Virus record (IMG/VR): IMGVR_UViG_2529293246_000006
Direction: 5' to 3' (one strand)
DNA from: a virus
Lineage: Duplodnaviria > Heunggongvirae > Uroviricota > Caudoviricetes
Length of the DNA: 35,493 bases
Of this stretch, positions 26,263 to 34,176 are shown one piece after another. The position numbers and the translations under genes are program-made. The notes below the pieces were generated by a model. It was not told the DNA's origin. It was given only the letters and a program-made list of their open reading frames with translations, and made no database searches. How positions within the stretch are numbered: the first letter of the stretch is position 1; the number at the start of each line of letters is the position of its first letter.

Positions 26263-27146
26263 TGTTTGCGGTACTGGGTGATATTGAGTTTGAACTGATT
26301 ACCTACTGGGACGGCTTTGAGGCCACTTTCGGTGTCGATTATGCGGAACATGCCCGCATAGAGGGTAAGCCCGGCCTGCAGTTCGTCGGCGACAAGCTGG
26401 ACGAAATCCAGATAAGCCTGGTCTTCCATCAGCATTATTGTGTGCCCGACGTGGAGCTGGCGAGACTGAGAACGGCCATGAAAGCCCATCAGGCGCTGGC
26501 ACTGGTTTTCGGCAACGGTGACTATCGCGGCTGGTTTGTGATTACCGACGTGACCGCGACCAGCGAGCAGACCGACAGCACAGGCAACGTGCTGGCCGTC
26601 AATGCCACCGCATCTCTCCGGGAGTACATCGGCGACCCGAAGAACCCGCTACAGCCTCCTGCGATACGCACGCAGGTTCCCGGCGTCGGGGCGGTCTCCG
26701 GTGCCGTACCTTCTCCCTCCGGGGTGGCGCAGTACGTTCGCGACGGCGTCAACTATGCCAAACAGGCGCAGTCTGTTCTCCAGACCACCATCAGCGCCGT
26801 TCGGGTGGCGCAGAAAATGAAGGATAACCCCGCCGTCGCGCTGACCCGCGTGCCGGGGCTGATGAGCGGACTGGGCAACGTGTCCGGGGCGTTAGGCCAG
26901 AGCGTTCCGGCATTCAATGCGCTCTCTGAATCCATGCCTGATGCCATCAGTCTGGCCAGAGCCACCAGCGATGCGGCCACGTATGTACAACAGGCACAGT
27001 CTTCGCTGAGCGGCGTGGACGGCAGCAATATCGCGGCAGCGCTGGATGCCGTTTCCGGGCAGCTTAACTCCGCCAGCACCACCTTCACTCGTATGTCGCC
27101 GGGGTTAAGCACCATGGCAGCTAAAATTCTGGCGAGGAGTGTGTGA
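26262..27146 (+). CDS. tail protein (P2 gpU-like N-terminal domain with Ala/Ser-rich C-terminal extension)
   Basis: 294 aa immediately after the tape measure. The N-terminus (MFAVLGDIEFEL...QFVGDKLDEIQISL) resembles gpU. Family from memory. Confidence 0.5.
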   Translation: MFAVLGDIEFELITYWDGFEATFGVDYAEHARIEGKPGLQFVGDKLDEIQISLVFHQHYCVPDVELARLRTAMKAHQALALVFGNGDYRGWFVITDVTATSEQTDSTGNVLAVNATASLREYIGDPKNPLQPPAIRTQVPGVGAVSGAVPSPSGVAQYVRDGVNYAKQAQSVLQTTISAVRVAQKMKDNPAVALTRVPGLMSGLGNVSGALGQSVPAFNALSESMPDAISLARATSDAATYVQQAQSSLSGVDGSNIAAALDAVSGQLNSASTTFTRMSPGLSTMAAKILARSV

Positions 27147-27358
27147 TGTTTCTTGAACATGTTACCCGTGACGGAGAGCGCTGGGACTCTCTGGCATGGC
27201 AGTACTACGGCGACCCACTGGGCTATCCCCGGATAATTGCCGCCAATCCGCACGTGGCCATTACGCCGGTGCTGCCCTCCGGGCTGTTGTTACTGATCCC
27301 GGTTATCGAGGCTGAAGAAGCCACCACAGAAGAGGATATTGCCCCATGGCTGAGATAA
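27143..27358 (+). CDS. tail protein X-like (LysM-like small tail protein)
   Basis: 71 aa. ...WDSLAWQYYGDPLGYPRIIAANPHVAITPVLPSGLLLLIP fits the Phage_tail_X pattern. Confidence 0.65.
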   Translation: MMFLEHVTRDGERWDSLAWQYYGDPLGYPRIIAANPHVAITPVLPSGLLLLIPVIEAEEATTEEDIAPWLR

Positions 27359-28515
27359 ACAGCACTGCACAGGTCGCATCAGCGTTAACCGGCGTCAGCG
27401 ATGTTCTGAGTCCGGTGTTCACGCTGTGGTATCTGCAGAAGAACATCACCACCGATATCGCCCCCTATGTCACCCGCGTAACCTACAGCGATAACATCAA
27501 AAGCGAGTCCGATACCATTGAGGTGGAGCTGGACGACACCGATGGCCGCTGGCTGGATAAGTGGTATCCGGGCAAGGGTGACACGCTGACGCTGAAAATG
27601 GGTTATCAGGGCGAGAAGCTGCTGTCCTGTGGTACGTTCTCGATAGACGAGATCGAGGTGAGTTCGCCCGCGTCCGTTGTCGCTATCCGGGGCGTGGCCA
27701 CGTCGGTCAACAACGCCCTGCGGACAAAATCCAGTCGTGGTTTCGAGAGCACCACGCTGGCGGCTATAGCCGGACGGATTGCCAAAAAGCATCAGCTGAA
27801 GCTGGTTGGCAGTATTGAGTCCATCAAAATTGACCGGGTGACCCAGTATGCTGAAACGGACGTGGGCTTCCTGCGTCGACTGGCCAGCGAGTATGGTTAT
27901 GCCGTGAAAGTGGTCAGCGACCAGCTGATTTTCTCTCATCTGGCCACGCTGCGCGATCAGGAGCCGGTAAAACAGTTGAAGCCACAGGATGTGGCCAGCT
28001 TTTCCCTGCGTGACACCATCAACCGCGTCTACAAATCCGCAAAGGTAAAACACCAGAAGAGCAGCGATAAAAAGCTGATCGTCTACGAAGCTGATGGCGG
28101 TACCAGCGAAAGCGACAAACAAACCAAAGGCGGTAAGGTCACCAGTGCCGACTCACTGAAGGTCAACAGCCGCGTCAGTGATCCGGACAGCGCCCGGATT
28201 AAAGCAGATTCGGCGCTGGCCAGGCATAACGAATACCAGCAGAACGGCTCGCTGTCGCTGATGGGGACGCCTCAGTTGACTGCAGGCAACAAAATTGAAC
28301 TGGTGGGTTTTGGTCAGTTATCCGGGCCATGGCTGATAACTACTGCCCGCCATGCGTTTGACCGTAACAGCGGCTACATCACCGAACTGGAAGTGGCACG
28401 AGGGCCGGTTACGCAGGGCAAAGCGAAGAAAGGTAAAAAGACCGGAAAAACCCAGACGCTGACCGTCTATAAACCGGACGGCAGCACGTCCACGGTAATA
28501 AAGGAGAAAAAATAA
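27346..28515 (+). CDS. tail/baseplate hub protein (P2 gpD-like)
   Basis: 389 aa following the X-like gene, as in the P2-type X-D pair. Family from memory. Confidence 0.7.
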   Translation: MAEINSTAQVASALTGVSDVLSPVFTLWYLQKNITTDIAPYVTRVTYSDNIKSESDTIEVELDDTDGRWLDKWYPGKGDTLTLKMGYQGEKLLSCGTFSIDEIEVSSPASVVAIRGVATSVNNALRTKSSRGFESTTLAAIAGRIAKKHQLKLVGSIESIKIDRVTQYAETDVGFLRRLASEYGYAVKVVSDQLIFSHLATLRDQEPVKQLKPQDVASFSLRDTINRVYKSAKVKHQKSSDKKLIVYEADGGTSESDKQTKGGKVTSADSLKVNSRVSDPDSARIKADSALARHNEYQQNGSLSLMGTPQLTAGNKIELVGFGQLSGPWLITTARHAFDRNSGYITELEVARGPVTQGKAKKGKKTGKTQTLTVYKPDGSTSTVIKEKK

Positions 28516-29027
28516 TGGCAGGCGTCACCCGTCAGGTCGGTACGGTCAGCGCCGTCGATGCCGACAAGGTTCAGGCCCGCGTTCGTCTGCCTGAGTGCGA
28601 TAACCTGCGCACTAACTGGCTTAACGTACTGCAGCGCAACACCCAGGATAACAAGGATTACTGGCTACCTGACGTGGGGGAGCAGGTTGAGGTGCTGCTC
28701 GATGCCAACGGCGAGGATGGTGTCATTCTGGGCGCGGTGTATTCAGACGTCGATAAGCCACCGTTCAGCGACAAAAACGTCCGGGGCACGAAATACGCGG
28801 ATGGCGCAGAGTTCAGCTATAACCGCGCGACCCATACGCTGACGGTCAAAGGTGGTATCGAGCGCGTAGTAATCGAGGTTGCGGTAGGTATCAGCCTGAA
28901 GGGGAAAACCATTGATTTGACCGCTGACACCACCACGGTGAACGGCAACCTTGAAATCAACGGCAATGCCCACTCCACAGGCAGCATGCTCTCTGACGGC
29001 CAGAACTCCAATCATCACTCCCACTGA
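28515..29027 (+). CDS. baseplate spike protein (P2 gpV-like)
   Basis: 170 aa; OB-fold-like N-terminus and His-rich C-terminus (NSNHHSH). Position precedes the W/J/I genes. Confidence 0.7.
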   Translation: MAGVTRQVGTVSAVDADKVQARVRLPECDNLRTNWLNVLQRNTQDNKDYWLPDVGEQVEVLLDANGEDGVILGAVYSDVDKPPFSDKNVRGTKYADGAEFSYNRATHTLTVKGGIERVVIEVAVGISLKGKTIDLTADTTTVNGNLEINGNAHSTGSMLSDGQNSNHHSH

Positions 29028-29081
29028 CCTTCTTAAACGCCTTTAATATCGGCGTTCCCGCACAGGGGCAATACTGCCCCC

Positions 29082-29429
29082 ATGAAAACTACTTCCGTAT
29101 TCTGGCAACCGGCCCTGCAGGCCCCTGGCGAAATCGTCCGGGGGCTGGATGATATCTGGCAGGCCATTCAAATCATCCTGCGAACTCCTCGCGGCAGCGA
29201 CCCGCATCGCCCGGAGTTCGGCAGCAACCTGCATCTTTATATCGACTGGCCCATCGACCGGGCTATCCCACATGTGGTGCGCGAGTCCGTTGATGCCATC
29301 CGGCGCTGGGAGCCTCGCTGCCAGCTTATGTCGGTTAAACCCGCCGTCGACGGTGAACATCTTACGCTCCGGGTGAGCTGGAAAGGCTCTGACGGACAGC
29401 CCCGGACTCAGGAGCTTTTATGGCGCTGA
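29082..29429 (+). CDS. baseplate protein (P2 gpW / GP25-like)
   Basis: 115 aa directly upstream of the baseplate J gene. Confidence 0.7.
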   Translation: MKTTSVFWQPALQAPGEIVRGLDDIWQAIQIILRTPRGSDPHRPEFGSNLHLYIDWPIDRAIPHVVRESVDAIRRWEPRCQLMSVKPAVDGEHLTLRVSWKGSDGQPRTQELLWR

Positions 29430-30523
29430 CAGAACCCGATTTTATTGAACGCGATGCCGACAAAATCACGGCTGAAATGATTGCTCAGTACGAAGCCGCA
29501 ACCGGCAAGACGCTGTACCCCGCCCAGGCTGAGCGCCTGTTGATTGACCTGTGGGCATACCGCGAAATGCTGGTCAGGGTAGCGGCGCAGGAAGCGGCCA
29601 AACAGAATCTGGTCGCCTTTGCCCGTGAGCCGATGATTGATTACCTCGGTGAACTGGTCGGTGTTTACCGCCTTGCCGCGCAGCCTGCCACCACCACTCT
29701 CCAGTTCTCCGTGGATGAGGCACTGGCCATTGATGTGCTGATTCCGGCAGGCACCCGCGTCAGCGCTTCCGACAGCATTATTTTTGCCACCGATACGGAC
29801 GTGGTGCTGAAAGCCGGATTGCTTCTGGTCAATGCCACGGCCACCTGTACCGAACCGGGAGCCGCTGGCAATGGCTGGCAACCTGCGCAGGTCAGTCAGT
29901 TGCTCGATGAGATTGATAACGTCGACCTGCAGGTGACCAATCTGATGGCAAGTTCTGGCGGTTCAGAGCAGGAAGACAATGACAGGCTCCGCGAGCGTAT
30001 CAAACTGGCCCCGGAGTCATTCACCAACGCCGGAAGCCGTATGGCATACCGCTTTCATGCCATGCAGGCCCATCCCAACATCGTCGACGTCGCTGTGCTC
30101 TCCCCGGTTCCCGGCACCGTAGAACTGTATCCGCTGCTCAGTACCGGCCTGCCGGACGACAGCATCCTCACTCTGGTAGAGAGCTTCTGCTCAGACGAAA
30201 AAGTCAGGCCGCTCACTGATACCGTGCGGGCTAAAACGCCCGTGCAGGTGGATTACACCATAGATGCCCAGATCACCATCTACCGCAATCAGGATGCCAA
30301 CTCGGTAAAAGACGAGGCAAACAACGCCATCCAGAACTGGGTCGCAGCCCGAAGAACCAAGCTGGGCGTGGATATCGTCCCCGGACAAATTAACGCGGTG
30401 TTGACTGTCAGCGGCGTTTACCAGGTTGAACTACCCGGCCTTGAACTTGTTGTTCTTGCAGAGAATGAGTGGGCTAATTGTACCGCCATCAACGTAACTA
30501 TCACGGGAGTTGTCGATGGCTGA
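29420..30523 (+). CDS. baseplate protein J (P2 gpJ-like)
   Basis: 367 aa; position and size fit. Confidence 0.75.
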   Translation: MALTEPDFIERDADKITAEMIAQYEAATGKTLYPAQAERLLIDLWAYREMLVRVAAQEAAKQNLVAFAREPMIDYLGELVGVYRLAAQPATTTLQFSVDEALAIDVLIPAGTRVSASDSIIFATDTDVVLKAGLLLVNATATCTEPGAAGNGWQPAQVSQLLDEIDNVDLQVTNLMASSGGSEQEDNDRLRERIKLAPESFTNAGSRMAYRFHAMQAHPNIVDVAVLSPVPGTVELYPLLSTGLPDDSILTLVESFCSDEKVRPLTDTVRAKTPVQVDYTIDAQITIYRNQDANSVKDEANNAIQNWVAARRTKLGVDIVPGQINAVLTVSGVYQVELPGLELVVLAENEWANCTAINVTITGVVDG

Positions 30524-31094
30524 GACGCTAAAACTCCCGCCAGCACTTGAGGGTGATATCAGCTTCAGGGCACTGGGCAATTTGGCCGGAAGACTGGACA
30601 GCATCGACCTGAGCGTGTTGATGGTCTACCTCGTCGATATTGTCGACAGCTCTGCACTGCCATGGCTGGGCGAGCAGTTCTCGCTGTTCGGTGACGGCTG
30701 GGAACTGGCGGAGTCAGACGATGTACGTCGCACGCTCATCAAATCCGCCATCGAGTTGCACCGCTACAAAGGGACGCCGTGGTCAATCCGGGAAATTATC
30801 CGCCGTTTTGGCTTCGGTGAGGTGGATCTGATTGAAGGCACTGGCCAGATCGGATACGACGGCAAACACAGTTATAACGGGCTTTTTGTCCACGGCGATG
30901 CGGAAGCCTGGGCGGTCTATCGCGTCATCCTTAAACAGCCCATCACTAACGATCAGGCAGCACTGTTACGTCAGACGCTCGCTGCCTTTGCTCCGGCCCG
31001 CTGCCATCTGGCGAGTCTGGAGTATCAGTCTGTCGCCATTCGCTACAACAACACCGTCAACTATGACGGCAGCTATAACCACGGGAGCAGTTAA
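30516..31094 (+). CDS. tail protein I (P2 gpI-like)
   Basis: ORF 30510..31094 trimmed to the ATG at 30516 after a GGGAG Shine-Dalgarno; overlaps the J stop. Confidence 0.65.
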   Translation: MAETLKLPPALEGDISFRALGNLAGRLDSIDLSVLMVYLVDIVDSSALPWLGEQFSLFGDGWELAESDDVRRTLIKSAIELHRYKGTPWSIREIIRRFGFGEVDLIEGTGQIGYDGKHSYNGLFVHGDAEAWAVYRVILKQPITNDQAALLRQTLAAFAPARCHLASLEYQSVAIRYNNTVNYDGSYNHGSS

Positions 31095-31096
31095 TT

Positions 31097-32071
31097 ATGG
31101 CAAACCTACCTGAAACCCCGCAGTGGGAAGACGGCATCTACCAGATTGAGGTCTCCGACCCCGTACTGGGCGGGCCTGACGGAATTTCTAACCGTCAGGC
31201 TAAACAGCTGGCCAGCCGTACTTCATACCTGAAACAACAGGTTGAAAAAGGCGGTTCAGATCTCGCGAAACACATCGCAGCGGCCGACCCGCATACCCAG
31301 TACGCGACGAAGGCCAGCCCAACATTCACGGGTACGCCAACGGCCCCCACGCCTGCAGCTAATGACAATAGCAAAAAGCTGGTGACGACAGAATTTGTGG
31401 CGAGGGCGATTGCTGCGCTTGCAGGTACAGCCCCAGAAACACTGGATACGCTGAAAGAGCTGGCTGATGCCCTTGGCAACGATCCAAACTTTGCGACCAC
31501 AGTGCTGAACAAGCTGGCGGAGAAACTGGCCAAAGACCAGAACGGTGCGGATATTCCCGATAAGGCAGCCTTTCTTCAAAACCTTCGTTTGGGAGCAGGT
31601 GCTCCAGCTATCGGTATTCCGTTCTTCTGGCCTTCAGCTGCGATGCCTAATACCGTCATAGATGAATGGGCAGATATGGTGTTTCTGAAATTCAACGGTG
31701 CGACATTTTCGGCAACAACTTATCCGAAGCTAGCTAAGGTGATCCCCAGTCTGACGCTAACCGAGGCTCGGGGTGAGTTTCCGCGCATTTGGGATGATGG
31801 GCGTGGCGTGGATAACGGGCGTGCATTGTTGAGTATACAGGGTGATGCCATCAGAAATATCACCGGTAATGTCGGCGTTTATTCAGATGGTTTATTAACT
31901 TATGCTTCTGGTGTTTTTTCTCTTGGGTCTTCATCATCGAATAAAAATAACCCAATAGCAGGGAGCGGGGCAAATGCTTACGCCACTTTTGATGCTTCAA
32001 AAGTCGTACCAACAGCTTCTGAAAACCGTCCTCGTAACATCGCTTTTAACTTCCTTGTGAGAGCAAAGTAA
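31097..32071 (+). CDS. tail fibre protein (constant N-terminal part 31097-31583 plus invertible variable C-terminal part)
   Basis: 324 aa. The left inversion site (31571-31596) lies inside the gene. The C-terminal part is AT-rich compared with the N-terminal part. Confidence 0.75.
   Translation: MANLPETPQWEDGIYQIEVSDPVLGGPDGISNRQAKQLASRTSYLKQQVEKGGSDLAKHIAAADPHTQYATKASPTFTGTPTAPTPAANDNSKKLVTTEFVARAIAALAGTAPETLDTLKELADALGNDPNFATTVLNKLAEKLAKDQNGADIPDKAAFLQNLRLGAGAPAIGIPFFWPSAAMPNTVIDEWADMVFLKFNGATFSATTYPKLAKVIPSLTLTEARGEFPRIWDDGRGVDNGRALLSIQGDAIRNITGNVGVYSDGLLTYASGVFSLGSSSSNKNNPIAGSGANAYATFDASKVVPTASENRPRNIAFNFLVRAK
31571..31596. repeat. left inversion site (gix/hix-like), core TT at 31584-31585
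   Basis: TTTCTTCAAAACC-TT-CGTTTGGGAGC is an inverted copy of the site at 33431-33456 and resembles the Hin hixL site TTCTTGAAAACCAAGGTTTTTGATAA as I recall it. Confidence 0.7.
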
Positions 32072-32682
32072 TGAAACCTATTTTTAATGAAAATGGACTG
32101 GCAACTGAGGCGGGCGATATTCGCTGCTTTTACTATGACTCTTTTACTTATGAATATACGGGCTGGTCTGACGAACATATTAACGTTGGTGTAAGCATGC
32201 CGGGGAATTCGACCGATATTGATCCGGGTGATGAGGTGTCAGGCATGGTCGCTGTATTTAACTGTGATGCATGGAATCAACAGGAAGACCACCGCGGCGA
32301 AACCGTATTTTCTACCGCTGATAGTAGCCATGTAACCGTTGATTACATCGGTGAAATCAGAGACGGCTTCACAACAGCAGCTCCTGCCACACCTTACGAT
32401 AAGTGGGATGGGGAGAAGTGGATAACGGATAGTGAAGCGCAGCACACAGCCAACATCGCCGCTGCTGAAGTAGACAAACAGTCCAAAATTGACCAGGCCA
32501 ATGAATACATCAACAGTAAGCAGTGGCCCGGCAAAGCCGCTTTGGGCCGCCTAAGTGACGCGGAGAAAGAGCAATATAATTTGTGGCTGGATTATCTCGA
32601 TGCGCTGGAAGCTGTAGACACCTCCAGTGCTCCAGATATTAACTGGCCTACTCAGCCTGATAATCGGGAGCAGGCTGGGTAA
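32071..32682 (+). CDS. tail fibre assembly chaperone (Mu U / P2 G-like)
   Basis: 203 aa; ATGA overlap with the fibre gene. Lies inside the invertible segment and is AT-rich. Confidence 0.65.
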   Translation: MKPIFNENGLATEAGDIRCFYYDSFTYEYTGWSDEHINVGVSMPGNSTDIDPGDEVSGMVAVFNCDAWNQQEDHRGETVFSTADSSHVTVDYIGEIRDGFTTAAPATPYDKWDGEKWITDSEAQHTANIAAAEVDKQSKIDQANEYINSKQWPGKAALGRLSDAEKEQYNLWLDYLDALEAVDTSSAPDINWPTQPDNREQAG

Positions 32683-32839
32683 ATGCGGCGCCATCGTATA
32701 AATACCCCGACTCAACGTCATCAGGACAATTAACCCAAACCAACGAGGGGTGGAAACGCCCCTCCGGATCTACATCTACGGTTTCTTCAACGCGAAAGTT
32801 TTCTTTGCCTTCAATTTTTTTAATTCTTGCCCATGTCAT
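32648..32839 (-). CDS. small putative tail-fibre assembly protein for the alternative fibre (U'-like)
   Basis: 63 aa, convergent with and overlapping the 3' end of the plus-strand assembly gene; follows the alternative fibre cassette on the minus strand. Confidence 0.4.
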   Translation of the reverse strand: MTWARIKKIEGKENFRVEETVDVDPEGRFHPSLVWVNCPDDVESGYLYDGAAFTQPAPDYQAE

Positions 32840-32843
32840 TTAA

Positions 32844-33442
32844 TCACCACTCAATAATCACAATACCATTTTTACCGGAGCCGGATTTATTACTACTGTT
32901 AGCAGCAATCCCACCACCACCGCCCCCATAACCAGGCGCATCCAGACCCATCCCTGTAGATCCTCGGCCTCCGGGGCCGCCACCGTTGCCGCCGCAATTT
33001 GCCGAGTTGGCTGAACCGTCATCCCCCCAACCCAACCCCTGATTAACGTCTCCGCCAAAACCGGCTCCCGACGAACCACCGGATGTTGATGTGCCGCCAT
33101 ACCCATACTGACCACCAGTCGCGGAGAGATAAGAACCAAAAGAAGATGACCCACCGGATGCGCCATTACCTGTAGTTACGCCAGCACCAGCAGAGCCAAC
33201 GGTTACCGTAACGCTTGAAACGTCTGTGAGATCGAGAAGCAATTTCGAATATCCGCCACCGCCGCCACCGCCCCCGCGCTTTGTTGTATCGGTAGTCGAC
33301 CCGCCAGACGCTCCACCACCAATTACTGTCACCTGGCATTTTCGCCCTTGTTGGAGTGCCTCAGGAACGTTCCAGTTAGATACTCCAGGGGTGTTGAAAA
33401 CAACTATGTTTTGCAGGCCAAAGGCCGATGCTCCTAAACCAA
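32844..33442 (-). CDS. alternative tail-fibre C-terminal variable domain (Sv'-like), promoterless cassette, Gly-rich
   Basis: Minus-strand ORF reads ...FSKNLGLGASAFGLQNIV... across the right inversion site, in frame with the constant part (FLQNL) after inversion. Contains long Gly runs (GGGGGGGG, GGGGGG). Confidence 0.55.
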
Positions 33443-33456
33443 GGTTTTTGGAAAAG
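33431..33456. repeat. right inversion site (gix/hix-like), core AA at 33441-33442
   Basis: CTCCTAAACC-AA-GGTTTTTGGAAAAG is the inverted partner of the site at 31571-31596; 61 bp upstream of the invertase start. Confidence 0.7.
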
Positions 33457-33516
33457 CAGTTACACATAGCGAAATCTGCAAAAATCCTCCTACCGCGACA
33501 TAGAGGAGGAAAATTG

Positions 33517-34098
33517 ATGGCCGTCATTGGTTATATCCGCGTATCAACAATCGACCAGAACAGCGATTTACAGCGTAATGCGCTCACAAGCGCAAACTGT
33601 GACCGCATTTTTGAAGACCGTATGAGCGGAAAAGTTGCCAGCCGCCCCGGTCTGAAACGCGCTTTAAAGTGCGTTAATAGCGGAGACACCCTGGTCGTGT
33701 GGAAACTGGACAGGCTGGGGCGCAGCGTTAAGAACCTGATCGCACTGATATCAGAATTACATGAACGCGGTGCCCACTTCCGCTCTTTAACAGACAGTAT
33801 TGATACCAGCACTGCCATGGGGCGCTTCTTTTTCCATGTGATGTCAGCACTGGCGGAGATGGAACGTGAGCTGATCGTCGAACGAACACTGGCCGGGTTG
33901 GCAGCAGCCAGAGCACAGGGACGCATAGGTGGAAGGCCCAATGCATTAAAACCGCATGAGCGGGAACAGATTGGGAGACTATTGGCCAGGGGACATACTC
34001 GCCAGCAACTGGCCATAATCTACGGAGTGGGATTATCGACGCTCTATCGGTATTTTCCGGTAGATAGTCAGAGGAAGGATGAAGCGGTAGGATTGTAA
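33517..34098 (+). CDS. gin: site-specific serine DNA invertase (Gin/Hin/Pin/Cin family)
   Basis: 193 aa. MAVIGYIRVSTIDQNSDLQRNAL...GDTLVVWKLDRLGRS...SLTDSIDTS..GRFFFHVMSALAEMERELIVERT closely matches the Gin/Hin sequences I recall, including the catalytic Ser in VSTIDQ. GAGGAGGA Shine-Dalgarno. Confidence 0.9.
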   Translation: MAVIGYIRVSTIDQNSDLQRNALTSANCDRIFEDRMSGKVASRPGLKRALKCVNSGDTLVVWKLDRLGRSVKNLIALISELHERGAHFRSLTDSIDTSTAMGRFFFHVMSALAEMERELIVERTLAGLAAARAQGRIGGRPNALKPHEREQIGRLLARGHTRQQLAIIYGVGLSTLYRYFPVDSQRKDEAVGL

Positions 34099-34132
34099 TT
34101 CTTTTGCAAATATTGAAACGCCGCAGCGATGC

Positions 34133-34176
34133 CATTTATCTCACGGAAATGGGCGCATTTATCGCGCGGCGCATCA
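34133..34176. repeat. prophage right terminus with two transposase-binding-like repeats; phage DNA ends ...CA at 34176
   Basis: CATTTATC at 34133-34140 and 34156-34163. Read inward from the end, the terminus is TGATGCGCCGCGCGATAAATGCG..., resembling the Mu R end TGAAGCGGCGCACGAAAAACGCG...CGATAAATGCG as I recall it. Confidence 0.65.

Larger units (their letters stand above)
1..34176. mobile_element. Mu-like transposable prophage (right ~34 kb; left end is upstream of the window)
   Basis: Contiguous set of Mu-type early genes (ner-like, DDE transposase, MuB-like ATPase, gemA-like, mor), Mu-type head genes, P2-type tail genes, invertase, and a Mu-like terminal sequence ending ...GCGCATCA at 34176, abutting the interrupted host gene proP. 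Confidence 0.85.

Noticed and set aside
33226-33516. Poly-proline N-terminal extension (PPPPPPPP) of the invertase ORF in the supplied track
   Set aside because: This is the reverse reading of the Gly-rich alternative fibre cassette. The invertase has its own strong Shine-Dalgarno and ATG at 33517 and a canonical 193-aa length.
34099-34173. Possible mom/com-like gene between invertase and phage end
   Set aside because: Only about 75 bp, with no ORF; the space is taken by the terminal transposase-binding repeats.
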